A DNA stretch of 64,000 nucleotides from the sequence record NC_019410.1. One strand, given 5' to 3'. Below the pieces are notes generated by a model, which made no database searches, was not told where the DNA came from, and saw nothing but the letters and a program-made list of their open reading frames with translations. Positions 37,602 through 48,048 of the stretch are shown piece by piece (the stretch's first letter is position 1; each line of letters starts with the position of its first letter). The position numbers and the translations under genes are program-made.

Positions 37602-37625
37602 GTCACGATCCCAGAGGATCGTGAC
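37602..37625. promoter_or_regulatory. Dyad operator GTCACGA-N10-TCGTGAC
   Basis: Extended perfect dyad CTAAGTCACGATCC...GGATCGTGACTTAG upstream of giant fibre gene. Confidence 0.75.
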
Positions 37626-37667
37626 TTAGTCCGCCTCCTCGTCTCCGCCGCCTCAAGGGTCTTCGCG

Positions 37668-40600
37668 TTGGTCGATATCGTCGCCGGCACGCCTGTGTCC
37701 GTCTCCTATTCGGGGGCGTCGACGACCTATGTCGCGGCGGAAACGGGCCTGATGACCGTCCACCTGTGGGGCGGTGCGGGCGCGGGCGGCTATTACGCCA
37801 ACGGCGCAGGCAACCCCAACAAGTACGGTGGCGCCGGCGGCTACGCCACGCTCAACTTCCTGGTCCAGGAAGGCGACGTCCTGACGATCGAGGTCGGCCA
37901 GGGAGGGCAGGTCCCCACCGGCTCGGGCACCACGGTAACGGCGGGCGGCTCCGGCGGCTGGCCCGATGGGGGCTATGGGGGTAAGTCGACTAGCGCCTGG
38001 GTTGGCCTGGGCGGTGGCGGTGGCTCGACCCGTCTCTACCGCAATGGCGAACTGATTGGCGTCGCCGGCGGCGGCGGCGGCGCGACCGGCTTCTACCACG
38101 GCGGCAACGGCGGCGGCATGGTCGGTTTGGCCTCGGCCGACGCCTCCTCGGGCGCGGGCGGCACCCAGAGCGCGGGCGGCACCGCCGGCTCGGGCACCCT
38201 GGCGATCCAGACCGGTCTAGGATTCCAAGGCGGGCGCGGTGGCGCGACCGCCTCGACCGCCCACGCCTATGCCGGCGGTGGCGGCGGCGGCGGGCTCTAT
38301 GGCGGCGCCTCCAACGGCGGCGGCTCCGGCGCGCACGGATCGGGCGGCGGCGGCTCGGGCTATATCAACCAGAACCTCCTCTACTCTGGCCGTCTCCAGG
38401 CGGGCCGCATCGACGCGCTCGGCGTGCCGTTCGATGTCGCCGGCATCCGCCCGGCCGGCGTCGCCGAGGGTGGCACGGGTCCGACGGTCGCGAGCACCGG
38501 CTGGGGCTCGATCACGCCGGGCGGCGACGGTTTCGCCTATCTGTCCCTCACCTCCGTGGCCTCGGCGACGGCCTTCCCGACCTCGGGTACGACCACGCTG
38601 GCCTATAGCGGCTCCCGGCAGGTCTATACGGTCACCCAGCTTTCCACCGTCGACATCGAGATGTGGGGCGGCGGCGGCGGCGGCGGCTTCTACACCTCTG
38701 GCGGGGCCTCGCCGCGCTATGGCGGCGCGGGCGGCTACACCAAGTTCACCAAGGTCCTGTTCCCCGGCGATATCGTCGAAATCGAGGTCGGTCAAGGCGG
38801 TCAGGCCCCGACCGGGGTCGGCGGCAATATCGGCGGCTTTGGCGGCTGGCCCAACGGCGGCGACGGCGGACGCTCGTCGGTTAACTCCGCCACCAACATG
38901 GGCGGCGGCGGCGGCTCGACCAACATCTATGTCAACGGACGTCTGCTCGGCGTCGCCTCGGGCGGCGGTGGCTCGACCGGTTTCTACAACGGCGGCAATG
39001 GCGGGGGCAAGTGGGGTCTTGCCGACGCCGCCGCCGCATCCGGCACGGCGGGCACCTGGGCGCGGGACAACAGCACTGGCACGGGCCTGGGGCGCGGCTT
39101 CTTCCTGCGCGGCGGCCATGGCTCGCCCAACGAATCGCGTGACGTCGCCCATCCCAACGCGGGCGCGGGCGGCGGCGGCGGCTACTGGGGCGGCGGCGGC
39201 GCGCGCGGCGGCTCGGGCACCCACGGCGCGGGTGGCGGCGGCTGCGGCTTCATCAACGGCGACCTGACCTGGAACCGCGACTATCAATGGGGCACGCAAG
39301 GCACCGGCCAGCCCTATACGGGCGGGGCCTACACTAGCGGCGTGGCCGTCGGCGGCACCAGCGGCAATACCGCCGGCTCGACGACCAATGGCGGCGACGG
39401 CCAGATCGTCTTCACCGTCACGGCCGCCAGCACCACGACCCTGCCGTCCGACAAGAACGCGCTGACCTATAGCGGCGCGGTCCAACACTATGTCGTCCCC
39501 ACCGCCGGCGTCATTGACCTGAAGATGTGGGGCTCGGGCGGCGGCTCGGCCGTGCGTTCCACCGGCACGCCGGGACGTGGCGGCGGCGGCGGCTGCACGC
39601 AGGTTCCCTTCATCCCGATCAAGCCGGGCGATATCGTCACGTTCGCCGTGGGGCAAGGCGGCCGAGGCGCGGTCGACGCCAACTCCATCTCGCCCGGCGG
39701 CTGGCCCAACGGGGGCTATTCGGGTCCGTCGGCCTCGGCCGGCGGCGGCGGCGCCAGCCTGTGCTACCTCAATGGCGAGCTAGTCGCGGTCGCCGGCTCC
39801 GGCGCGGGCGCGGGCATCTCCAACGGGGGTTTCGCCGGCGGCGCGGCCTCGTGCGATCCGGGCTACGTCAACTTCACCTCCCACGGGGGCACCCAGACCA
39901 CGGCGGGCTGGTGCCCCACGCGTGTCCTCGAAGGCACCACCTACGGCACCTACATGCTGGGCGGCGATGGCCAGATCGACGGCGTCGCCCCCAACAACGT
40001 CAACGTCAATACCGGCGGCGGCGGCGGCGGTGGCTACTATGGCGGCGGTGGCAACGCCACCAACTCCAGTCGCTATTGGGGCGGCGGCGGCGGCTCGGGC
40101 TACATCAACCCGAAGTTCGCTGGCACCATCATTGGCGCGACCAGCGTCAACGCCGCCAACAACACCGATCCCGACTATGTCGCAGGCGTCGGCGTCGCGG
40201 GCGTCGGCTCGACGACCTACGCCAATCCCGTCACCAACGGCGGCGATGGCCGGATCGTCTTTACCTATGACACGCCGCCCAATCTGGTAGAAAGCCTGAC
40301 CACGGCGGTGCCCGTCGACGGGGCGGTCAAGACCTACATCGTCGGCGCCGACGGTGATCTCGTCCTCGACCTGTGGGGCGGCGGCGGCGGCGCGGCGACC
40401 ATTCTGGGCGGCGGTGGCAGCGAGCGCGGCGGCGGCGGCGGCTATGTCGGCGGCACCTATCCGGTCACCGCCGGGCAGGTCATCCGGTTCTATAATGGGC
40501 GCGGCGGCGGCGGCGGGGTCTATACGAGTGGCACGGCCACGGCGCTGGTGGGGACCGGCGGTCCAAGCGGCTGGCCCGATGGCGGTGCAGGCGGCTATTA

Positions 40601-43600
40601 TGCCGGCGCGGGATCGAATGGCATCCTGGCGGGCGCTGGCGGCGGCTCCTCGCGTGTCTATGTCGACGACCAACTGATCCTCGTGGCCGGTGGCGGCGGC
40701 GGCGGCGGCGCGGGCACCACCACGACCACGCCGGGCGGCGGCGGCGGCTCGACGGGCGGCGACTCCGATGCGCCTGCGGGCCGCAACTTCGGGGCCACTC
40801 AGGCACGTGGCGGCTATAACTCCAACCGTCCGACCGATACGGTTTCGTCGGGTGGTCTCTTCCGAGGCGGCGCGGGCTATCTCTCGGGTGGTTCAAGCAG
40901 CATCAGCGCTCAATCGGCGGGCGGCGGCGGCGGCGGCGGCCTATTTGGCGGCGGCGGCTCGGGTAGCTCGGTCACCTATATTGGGGGCTCGGGCGGTTCC
41001 GGGTTCATCTTCGACGGGCTGGTGGTCTCGAAGAAGGACCCCTATCGCGCCGATGTCATCGCCCAGATGTCCTTCGAGTCCGGCGCGGTCGTCGCCGACG
41101 GGCGAGTGTGTGAAATCCAGCCGATCGACACTCCGCCGACGGCGGTCACCACCTCGCCCAAATATGGAGCCTATTGCGGTAACTATCCTGGCAGCGGTCA
41201 TAGCACCATGCCCGTGCCGGCCTTTGGCCTGCAAAACTTCACGATCGAGGCGTGGTTCAATCCGTCCTCGCTCGGCAACGGGGTTCTCTTTGCCTATGGC
41301 AACAGCGGTGTCGGCGGTTTTTCGCTGCACTACGCTTCCACCACGCTTTACCTGCGCCACAATGGCGACGCCGCCACCGATGTAACTTGGGCTGACACGG
41401 GCCGCACCGCCAATGTCTGGGCGCACTATGCCGTCGTCCGCGACATGGCCGGCACGCGCGTCTACAAGGACGGCCGGCTGGTTATGTCCTATGCCAACTC
41501 GATTGGCACGACCTTCACCGCCACCCAACTGACCCTGGCTAACTATACCGGAGCCTCGGGGGCCAGCACGCGCTTTTCGGGCCGGATCGACGAGTTCCGC
41601 GCCACCCTGGGCGCGTGCCGGTATGTCAAGCCGTTCGTTCCCTCGTCGTTCGCGGCGCCCCTGTCGACCCCGCTCCCGACCCTAACGACCATCACCCAGG
41701 CCCCGCAGGGCTCGTCGGGCAACGCCGCCAATAATACCGATACGAACTATATCGCTGGACGCGGCGTCGGCGCTCAGACGCGCCAAACCGCCGGCACCGC
41801 CCCGTCGGGCGGCGATGGTCAGATCAGTTATTTCATCGCCACCTCGACCATCTCGGCGTCCGGGCCGATCGGCACGGTCACGGTCTCGGGCCTGACCGAC
41901 GCCGCCGCCGGCGCCTTCTATCCCCTGCCCGGCGTGGGCTCGGTCGTCGTCGAGCCCTACACGGGCGCACGCGTCAACTACGAGGTCACCGAGGCCGTCG
42001 GCGCGCGAATCAAGGTCGAGATGTGGGGCGGCGGGGGCGGCGGCAGTTCGGCCAACACCGCCCTGACCACCAATGGCGGCGGCGGCGGCGGCTATACGGT
42101 CATCGAACTTGATCTCGTCCAGGGCGATCGGATCACCGTCCAGACGCCGTCGGGTGGCGCGGGCGGCGTCAACGCCGGTAGTGGCTCGGCGATCAACCTC
42201 GGCGGCTATCCCGACGGCGGCGATGGTTATCGTCCGGCCTTCACGGCGCTCAACTGCGGCGGCGGCGGCTCGGCGCGCCTGTGGGCGCAAGGCAATCTAG
42301 CGGCGGTCGCTGGCGGCGGCGGCGGCGCGGCCTATGGCGGCGGCGGCTATGACTTCCCTGGCGGCGCGGGCGGCGGCAACCTCGGCGGTCCGGGCGCCTA
42401 TGATGGCGTCAACGCTCCCTTCCCCAATGGCGGCGGTACCCAGATCGCCGGCGGCGCGGGCACGGCGAACGGTTTCAATGGAGCCTCGCTGCAAGGCGGG
42501 CACGGCGGCGTCACTCCCAGCGTCGCCAACAACGGCTGCGGCGGCGGCGGCGGTTATTACGGTGGCGGCGGCGGCGGCGCCTATAAGGCGGGCGGCGGCG
42601 GCTCGGGCTACGTCAACACCGGTCTGCCGGGCTACCGCACGGGCTCGACTACGGGCGGCTCTGGCAACCTGCCGGCCGGCATGTCTTCGCCTAACTACGT
42701 CTCGGGCATCGGCGTCGGCTCGAACGGCAAGGGTGGGGCGTTCACCAACGGCGGCAATGGCCGGATCGTCATTTCGGTCATCACCCCGACGCCGGGCAAT
42801 GCGTCGGGGTCGATCGGCACCGTCAACGTCTCGGGTCTGGACGAGTTCGGCCTGTTGATCGGCGTTCCGACGGGTGATCTCGACACCATCGATGTCGTGG
42901 TTCCGGTCGGGCAATCGGGCCAGCCCGGTTTCGCCGAAGGCCCGCTGACCACCATCGGCGTGGGTCCGGCTGAGACGATCCCCCAGGCCCAGGCCGTCGT
43001 CATCGTTCCGATCAACGATCAGACCTCGATCCTGATCGAGCCGCCGATCAACGCGCCGCTGGAGGTCCCTGGCGAAGGGATCGGCGAACTTGACACGATC
43101 CTCGTCTCGCCGTTCGATTCGACCCAGACGGCCGGCGTCGCCTTCGATGCGGCGGACGTGCCGACCATCACCCTGGTCGCCCCCGAGGCCGAAGCGGTCG
43201 AGATTCCGCCGGTCCTGACGTCGGGCGACATCGGCACGGTCATCGTCACCGCGCCCGAGGCGACCACCCAGGTCATCCCGCCGGTCGAGACCAGCGGCGA
43301 CATCGGCACCATCACCGTCGTGACGGTGACGGGCGAGGCGTCGTGGAACAACAACGTCTCGGCCTCGGGCGACATCGGCACGATCATCGTTACCGTGCCC
43401 GACGTCGTGGCCGTGGGCGACGATCTGGCCGAAGGGCTGATCGGCACGATCACGGTGATCGCGCCCGAGGGCGTGGCGCTCCAGGACGCCAATGTCGCGG
43501 CCGACATCGGCACCATCTCGGTCTATCCGATCGAAGGCGGTCAACCCGGCGACGCGGTCGGCGACATCCCCTATATCCAGGTGGTCACGCCGGGCGCGAC

Positions 43601-46061
43601 GGTCAACGCCTCGTCGGGCGACGACATCTCGCTCTACGCCGACATCGGCACGATCTACGTCCTCCAGGTCTACGGCCAGGGCTTCTGGATTTCCGAGGAC
43701 AACTACGTCCACGCCCTGCCCGATCCGCTGATCGTCACCACCACCGCGCCGGAAGGCTCGGCGCGCGGCGACGTCCATATCGTCCAGCCGCTGCCGACCA
43801 TCGTCGTCACCGCGCCGGTCCCGGTCGCGGCGGGTAACGCCCTGGCCGACGCCTATACGGGCGACTTCATCATCCTGGTCGCCGCGCCGGTTCCGCAAAC
43901 GGAACTGAACGCGAACGTCAACGTCTCGATGCCGCCGCCGATCGTCATCAACGGCAATGACGCGGAAGCCTCGCTTGACCTGAGCGTGCCGTTCAGCGAC
44001 ACGGCGGTGTTCGTTACCGGCCCTGAGGCTCTGGGCCTGGGCTTCCACGGCGGCGAGATGGGACCGCCGATCGTGGTCACCCCGCCGCAGGGCGGCCCGG
44101 AGATTTCGGTCGAAATCTTCGTCGATCCCGGCACGATCCTGGTGGAGGCCCCGCGCTTCCACTATATCCCCCCGATCACGGTGTTCCCGCCCGAAGGCGT
44201 GGCCCTCGACGCCAAGTCGGCCGAGGCTTCCGGTGATTTGGGGACCATCACCATCGGGGTCCCGACCGGCGGCTACCAAGCCAACGTCGCCATCAACCTG
44301 CCGCTGCCGACGATCTTCGTCAACGTCCCGCAGGTCGTGGTCTTCGCCTCGGTCGCCGTGTCGGGCGACATCGGGACGATCACCCTCACCCCGCCGGCCG
44401 CCACCCTGACTGCCGGCGCGGACGCGGCCTTCACCCTGCCCGGCCCGATCGTTGTCACCGCGCCCGAGGCGACGGCGACGGCGGGCACGGCGGCGGCGAC
44501 CTCTGGCGCCCTGACCACGATCACCCTCACCCCGCCCGAGGGCTCGGTCTCGACCGGCGCGGCGGCGGCGACCTCGGGCGCGATCGGCACGATCCTCGTC
44601 TCGCCGTTCGACGGCAGCGTCTTCATCTCCTATCCGGGCAATGCGTCGGGCGCGATCGGCACGATCGTCGTCACGCCGCCGGCCGCGACCGTCTCCAACG
44701 GCCGCAATCTGTCGATCGCCCTGCCCGGCCCGATCATCGTCACCCCGCCTGCGGCCCAGCCTCAGGCTGGCGCGGCGCTCTCCGGCGACATCGGTACGAT
44801 CGTCGTCACCAACCCGGATGGTCAGGGCACCGGCGACACCGTGCTGGCCTCGGGCGCGATCGGCACGATCGTCGTCACCACCCCGGACGGCGCGGCAACC
44901 GGGCGGGGCCTGGGCACGGGCGCGATCGGCACGATCGTCGTCACCCCGCCGGCCGCGACCCTGACCACCGGCGCCAACAAGGCCGCCGCCCTTCCCGGCC
45001 CGATCATCGTCACCCCGCCGGTTGGCGTGGGCCGCGTCCCCGCCGCCGGCACGGGCGATCTGGCGACGATCACCATCACCAGCACGCCCGAAGCCACCCT
45101 TTCGGTGGGCCAGGACATCGCTGGTCAGATCGGCACGATCAGCATCATCCCGCCCGAGGCGCTGCCGCAGGGCTCGGTGTTCGTCGACCCGACCGACGAA
45201 ATGGTCGTGCAGGTCCTGCCCCCGCAGGCCATCCTCTTCCGCGAGGCCACGGTCATCGTCGGCTTCCCGACGGTGTATCTGGTCGCGCCCGAGGCGATCA
45301 CCTATTCGCTGGCCGAATTCGCCTCGATCACCCTGCTGCCGCCGGACGCCTATGTCGACGTCCCGCTCCCGCTGGGCAAGAACCGCATCCGCTACCGCCG
45401 CAACAACACCGCTGGCCTTACTCCGACCAGCCTGCGTCCCAACGAGATCGCCCTGAACGAGACCGACGGCCTGCTGTTCACGCGCGACGGCGCCGGCGCG
45501 GTCAAGGCTACCCCGCTGGGCTTCCTGACCGGCGCGGGCGTGCCGCCGCCGATCACCGACAACGGCAAGGTCCTGTCGGGCGGCCTGTCCTGGGAGACGC
45601 CGAACACCCGCTACCTCCTGCCGGTCCGCAACGCGCCGCCGGCTGGCGCGCGCATCGCCCTGGGCGAGGGCGTGGTGGGCGTTACGACCTTCACCCCGAC
45701 GGTCGACGTCACCTACACGCGTCCGTTCTTCGTGGCCAAGACCATCGACATCCAGGCGCTGTCGGTGGATGTGGTGGGCGCCGCCGCCGCCACGGCCGAA
45801 CTGGGCCTGATCGGCTGGTCCCTGTCGGGCGTGCCCGGCGCGACCCTGGCGCTCGGTACGGTCAGCACCGCGACCACCGGCGTCAAGACGGCGACCGGCA
45901 CGGCCGTGACCTTGACGCCGGGCTGGTACGCCTCCACCTTCAAGGTCACCGGCGCGGCGGGGGCGTCGTTCCGGGCTCCGACCGCACCGACGGCGATCGC
46001 GCCGGACCTCACCGTGACGCCGGGCGCCCCGGCGCCGGTCATGGCAGACCTGGAGGCCTAA
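37668..46061 (+). CDS. Giant glycine-rich, LamG/lectin-domain fibre (head-filament candidate), 2797 aa
   Basis: Five Gly-rich modules each starting xMW/xLWGGGG, LamG motif (FTIEAWF...WAHYAVVRD...GRIDEFR), SGDIGTIxVxxP repeats. Confidence 0.85.
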   Translation: MVDIVAGTPVSVSYSGASTTYVAAETGLMTVHLWGGAGAGGYYANGAGNPNKYGGAGGYATLNFLVQEGDVLTIEVGQGGQVPTGSGTTVTAGGSGGWPDGGYGGKSTSAWVGLGGGGGSTRLYRNGELIGVAGGGGGATGFYHGGNGGGMVGLASADASSGAGGTQSAGGTAGSGTLAIQTGLGFQGGRGGATASTAHAYAGGGGGGGLYGGASNGGGSGAHGSGGGGSGYINQNLLYSGRLQAGRIDALGVPFDVAGIRPAGVAEGGTGPTVASTGWGSITPGGDGFAYLSLTSVASATAFPTSGTTTLAYSGSRQVYTVTQLSTVDIEMWGGGGGGGFYTSGGASPRYGGAGGYTKFTKVLFPGDIVEIEVGQGGQAPTGVGGNIGGFGGWPNGGDGGRSSVNSATNMGGGGGSTNIYVNGRLLGVASGGGGSTGFYNGGNGGGKWGLADAAAASGTAGTWARDNSTGTGLGRGFFLRGGHGSPNESRDVAHPNAGAGGGGGYWGGGGARGGSGTHGAGGGGCGFINGDLTWNRDYQWGTQGTGQPYTGGAYTSGVAVGGTSGNTAGSTTNGGDGQIVFTVTAASTTTLPSDKNALTYSGAVQHYVVPTAGVIDLKMWGSGGGSAVRSTGTPGRGGGGGCTQVPFIPIKPGDIVTFAVGQGGRGAVDANSISPGGWPNGGYSGPSASAGGGGASLCYLNGELVAVAGSGAGAGISNGGFAGGAASCDPGYVNFTSHGGTQTTAGWCPTRVLEGTTYGTYMLGGDGQIDGVAPNNVNVNTGGGGGGGYYGGGGNATNSSRYWGGGGGSGYINPKFAGTIIGATSVNAANNTDPDYVAGVGVAGVGSTTYANPVTNGGDGRIVFTYDTPPNLVESLTTAVPVDGAVKTYIVGADGDLVLDLWGGGGGAATILGGGGSERGGGGGYVGGTYPVTAGQVIRFYNGRGGGGGVYTSGTATALVGTGGPSGWPDGGAGGYYAGAGSNGILAGAGGGSSRVYVDDQLILVAGGGGGGGAGTTTTTPGGGGGSTGGDSDAPAGRNFGATQARGGYNSNRPTDTVSSGGLFRGGAGYLSGGSSSISAQSAGGGGGGGLFGGGGSGSSVTYIGGSGGSGFIFDGLVVSKKDPYRADVIAQMSFESGAVVADGRVCEIQPIDTPPTAVTTSPKYGAYCGNYPGSGHSTMPVPAFGLQNFTIEAWFNPSSLGNGVLFAYGNSGVGGFSLHYASTTLYLRHNGDAATDVTWADTGRTANVWAHYAVVRDMAGTRVYKDGRLVMSYANSIGTTFTATQLTLANYTGASGASTRFSGRIDEFRATLGACRYVKPFVPSSFAAPLSTPLPTLTTITQAPQGSSGNAANNTDTNYIAGRGVGAQTRQTAGTAPSGGDGQISYFIATSTISASGPIGTVTVSGLTDAAAGAFYPLPGVGSVVVEPYTGARVNYEVTEAVGARIKVEMWGGGGGGSSANTALTTNGGGGGGYTVIELDLVQGDRITVQTPSGGAGGVNAGSGSAINLGGYPDGGDGYRPAFTALNCGGGGSARLWAQGNLAAVAGGGGGAAYGGGGYDFPGGAGGGNLGGPGAYDGVNAPFPNGGGTQIAGGAGTANGFNGASLQGGHGGVTPSVANNGCGGGGGYYGGGGGGAYKAGGGGSGYVNTGLPGYRTGSTTGGSGNLPAGMSSPNYVSGIGVGSNGKGGAFTNGGNGRIVISVITPTPGNASGSIGTVNVSGLDEFGLLIGVPTGDLDTIDVVVPVGQSGQPGFAEGPLTTIGVGPAETIPQAQAVVIVPINDQTSILIEPPINAPLEVPGEGIGELDTILVSPFDSTQTAGVAFDAADVPTITLVAPEAEAVEIPPVLTSGDIGTVIVTAPEATTQVIPPVETSGDIGTITVVTVTGEASWNNNVSASGDIGTIIVTVPDVVAVGDDLAEGLIGTITVIAPEGVALQDANVAADIGTISVYPIEGGQPGDAVGDIPYIQVVTPGATVNASSGDDISLYADIGTIYVLQVYGQGFWISEDNYVHALPDPLIVTTTAPEGSARGDVHIVQPLPTIVVTAPVPVAAGNALADAYTGDFIILVAAPVPQTELNANVNVSMPPPIVINGNDAEASLDLSVPFSDTAVFVTGPEALGLGFHGGEMGPPIVVTPPQGGPEISVEIFVDPGTILVEAPRFHYIPPITVFPPEGVALDAKSAEASGDLGTITIGVPTGGYQANVAINLPLPTIFVNVPQVVVFASVAVSGDIGTITLTPPAATLTAGADAAFTLPGPIVVTAPEATATAGTAAATSGALTTITLTPPEGSVSTGAAAATSGAIGTILVSPFDGSVFISYPGNASGAIGTIVVTPPAATVSNGRNLSIALPGPIIVTPPAAQPQAGAALSGDIGTIVVTNPDGQGTGDTVLASGAIGTIVVTTPDGAATGRGLGTGAIGTIVVTPPAATLTTGANKAAALPGPIIVTPPVGVGRVPAAGTGDLATITITSTPEATLSVGQDIAGQIGTISIIPPEALPQGSVFVDPTDEMVVQVLPPQAILFREATVIVGFPTVYLVAPEAITYSLAEFASITLLPPDAYVDVPLPLGKNRIRYRRNNTAGLTPTSLRPNEIALNETDGLLFTRDGAGAVKATPLGFLTGAGVPPPITDNGKVLSGGLSWETPNTRYLLPVRNAPPAGARIALGEGVVGVTTFTPTVDVTYTRPFFVAKTIDIQALSVDVVGAAAATAELGLIGWSLSGVPGATLALGTVSTATTGVKTATGTAVTLTPGWYASTFKVTGAAGASFRAPTAPTAIAPDLTVTPGAPAPVMADLEA

Positions 46062-46065
46062 GACC

Positions 46066-46734
46066 ATGCCGACCAACATCAACATGGCGCCGGACACCAC
46101 CCTGCTGGCCGATATCCTCCTCAATGGCGGAGCCGGCGCGCCGGCGGACCTGGAGGATGGCGAACTCTATATCGACGAGGCGGGCCGCAAGCTCTATGTC
46201 GAGACCGTGGTCGGCGTCCAGGCCATTCCGCTCGACGTCGGCTATGTCCCGCGCCGCCCCAGCGGCACGCCGCTCGACTACGTGGTCAACAAGACCGAGA
46301 CCGGGGCCGAGTGGGGGCCGCTGGAAGGCGGGGCCGGCGGCTCGCCGTTCGACGCGGCCGAGTTCCGCATCCCCGGCTTGGCTCCCACGGGCCTGGACAC
46401 GGTCGTCATGCCCGGTGCCTCCGGAGGCCTGGGACTGTTCGAGATGCCGATCCAGGACGTGCTCCTGAGCATCCGCGTACACGCCTCTGCGGGCGCGGGG
46501 TCCGTGACCGTGGCGCTCTACCCGTTCAACGGCTCGCTCGGCTCGCTGATCTTCACCCAGACCCTGACTTTCGCCGCCCCCGAGTCCCAGGTCGTGCCCG
46601 TGTCCCAGCCCCTGACGCCGGGCATCTACGCCTGGGTCTGGACCGGGACCGATGGCTTGACCCTAGATGCGGTCAAGGGCTCGCTCCCGTGGGCGACGCG
46701 CGAGCAAACCCATCCCGTGGCGATGAAGTTCTAA
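46066..46734 (+). CDS. Fibre-associated protein, paralogue of giant-fibre C-terminus
   Basis: PADLEDGELYIDE...LTPGIYAW. Confidence 0.75.
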   Translation: MPTNINMAPDTTLLADILLNGGAGAPADLEDGELYIDEAGRKLYVETVVGVQAIPLDVGYVPRRPSGTPLDYVVNKTETGAEWGPLEGGAGGSPFDAAEFRIPGLAPTGLDTVVMPGASGGLGLFEMPIQDVLLSIRVHASAGAGSVTVALYPFNGSLGSLIFTQTLTFAAPESQVVPVSQPLTPGIYAWVWTGTDGLTLDAVKGSLPWATREQTHPVAMKF

Positions 46735-46736
46735 CG

Positions 46737-47513
46737 ATGGCGATCCAGAACCCCCATTCCACCACGCCCGGCACCATGCCGCACCTGACGCCCGGCGAGA
46801 TCGGCGTCAACAAGGCCGACGACATCCTCTGGTTCCGCTCGCAGGGGCGCCGCGTGCCGATCATCCTGAGCGATCTTGACCGCGCCCCGCCGGCGGACGG
46901 CTATGTCGGCGCTCCCCTGACTCTGGTCGACGGCGCGCCGGCCTGGAATGTCAAGCTCTTGCCGTCCTCGATCGTCTCCGGCGCGGTCAAGGTCGATCTC
47001 CCGCCCGCCGCCGGCCTGCACGCCGTGCCGAGCGTCCTGCTCCAGGGCCTGGGGGCCGATCGCGTCCTGGCGACCAATGATCTGGACCTCACCCCCTTCT
47101 ATGTCCGCTCCGACTCCATCACCCTGACCCATCTGGCCTTCAGCGTGCGCTCGGCCGGCGCGCCGGCCATGCGCGTGGGGATCGTCGACAGCTTCGGCGT
47201 CGTCCAGGCCGACATCCTGGTCGCCGCGCCGGTCGTGGGCGCCAATGTCGTGGCCCTCTCGCCGGTCCTGACCCTCCAGCGCGGCGTCTACCGCACCATC
47301 CTGGCGACGACCGGGGCGGTGACGGTGGGGATCGCCACCGGCGCGCGCATGGAACAGGGCTGGGACATCATCGCCGACGCGCCGTCGTTTATCCGGGGCT
47401 ACAGCGGTAGCAAGAACACTGGCGGCGGCATCGGGAGCCTGCCAGCGCTCACCCCGCGCCGCGACCCCGCGCCGGGCCAGGATCACGCCGTCCTCCTGCG
47501 CTGGACGGCGTGA
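46737..47513 (+). CDS. Fibre-associated protein, paralogue of giant-fibre C-terminus
   Basis: PHLTPGEIGVNKADDIL...TPFYV...LQRGVY. Confidence 0.75.
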   Translation: MAIQNPHSTTPGTMPHLTPGEIGVNKADDILWFRSQGRRVPIILSDLDRAPPADGYVGAPLTLVDGAPAWNVKLLPSSIVSGAVKVDLPPAAGLHAVPSVLLQGLGADRVLATNDLDLTPFYVRSDSITLTHLAFSVRSAGAPAMRVGIVDSFGVVQADILVAAPVVGANVVALSPVLTLQRGVYRTILATTGAVTVGIATGARMEQGWDIIADAPSFIRGYSGSKNTGGGIGSLPALTPRRDPAPGQDHAVLLRWTA

Positions 47514-47545
47514 ATCTTGACACTCGGTCGAAATGCGGTTAACCT
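47508..47545 (+). promoter_or_regulatory. Promoter GCGTGAATC-TTGACA-N17-TAACCT
   Basis: Variant of recurrent motif with canonical spacing. Confidence 0.65.
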
Positions 47546-47575
47546 GCGCGCTCATCTGGAGTTTCGAGCGCCATC

Positions 47576-47842
47576 ATGGCCGAGCTTGTCCGCATCTATC
47601 ACCCCGAGACGAACGAGCCGTTCGACGTGATCCCGTCGACCGCCGAACGTCTGCGCCTGGGTCAAGGTCTGGACGGTCTGGTGTGGCTCTCGCAGCCCTT
47701 CTCCCGCGCCGCTGCCGAAGAGCCGGCGCCGGAAGCCCCCAAGGGGCGAGGTCGTAAGCGCGTCGCCGCGCCCGTCTCGGACGAAGCCGAAGACGATGGC
47801 TGGCGTGACGCGCCGACCGAGGACGCTTCCGAAGCCGCGTAA
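47576..47842 (+). CDS. Hypothetical protein (88 aa)
   Basis: V.IYHPE...GRGRK architecture like 33439 gene. Confidence 0.75.
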   Translation: MAELVRIYHPETNEPFDVIPSTAERLRLGQGLDGLVWLSQPFSRAAAEEPAPEAPKGRGRKRVAAPVSDEAEDDGWRDAPTEDASEAA

Positions 47843-47886
47843 GGCGCTTCCCCGTCCACTCTGCTGAAATTCGGTCTCAGTCCCAT

Positions 47887-47962
47887 GTCGGTCTAGCTCA
47901 TGGGGTAGAGCGGCGGTCTCCAAAACCGCGCGTGGCAGGTTCGAGTCCTGCGACCGGCGCCA
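47887..47962 (+). tRNA. tRNA-Trp (CCA)
   Basis: Cloverleaf, TTCGA T-loop, encoded CCA. Confidence 0.9.
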
Positions 47963-47967
47963 TTTCC

Positions 47968-48042
47968 GCGTCCATCGTATATGGGTTATTGCTTCGCGTT
48001 GCCAACGCGACGAACCGGGTTCGAGTCCCGGTGGACGCTCCA
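47968..48042 (+). tRNA. tRNA-Gly (GCC)
   Basis: Anticodon arm CGCG-TTGCCAA-CGCG, U73 CCA. Confidence 0.9.
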
Positions 48043-48048
48043 ATCCAG

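Noticed and set aside
37668-42780. Diversity-generating retroelement acting on the fibre
   Set aside because: Repeats are ancient Gly-rich modules; no adenine-only template/variable pair or reverse transcriptase in the window
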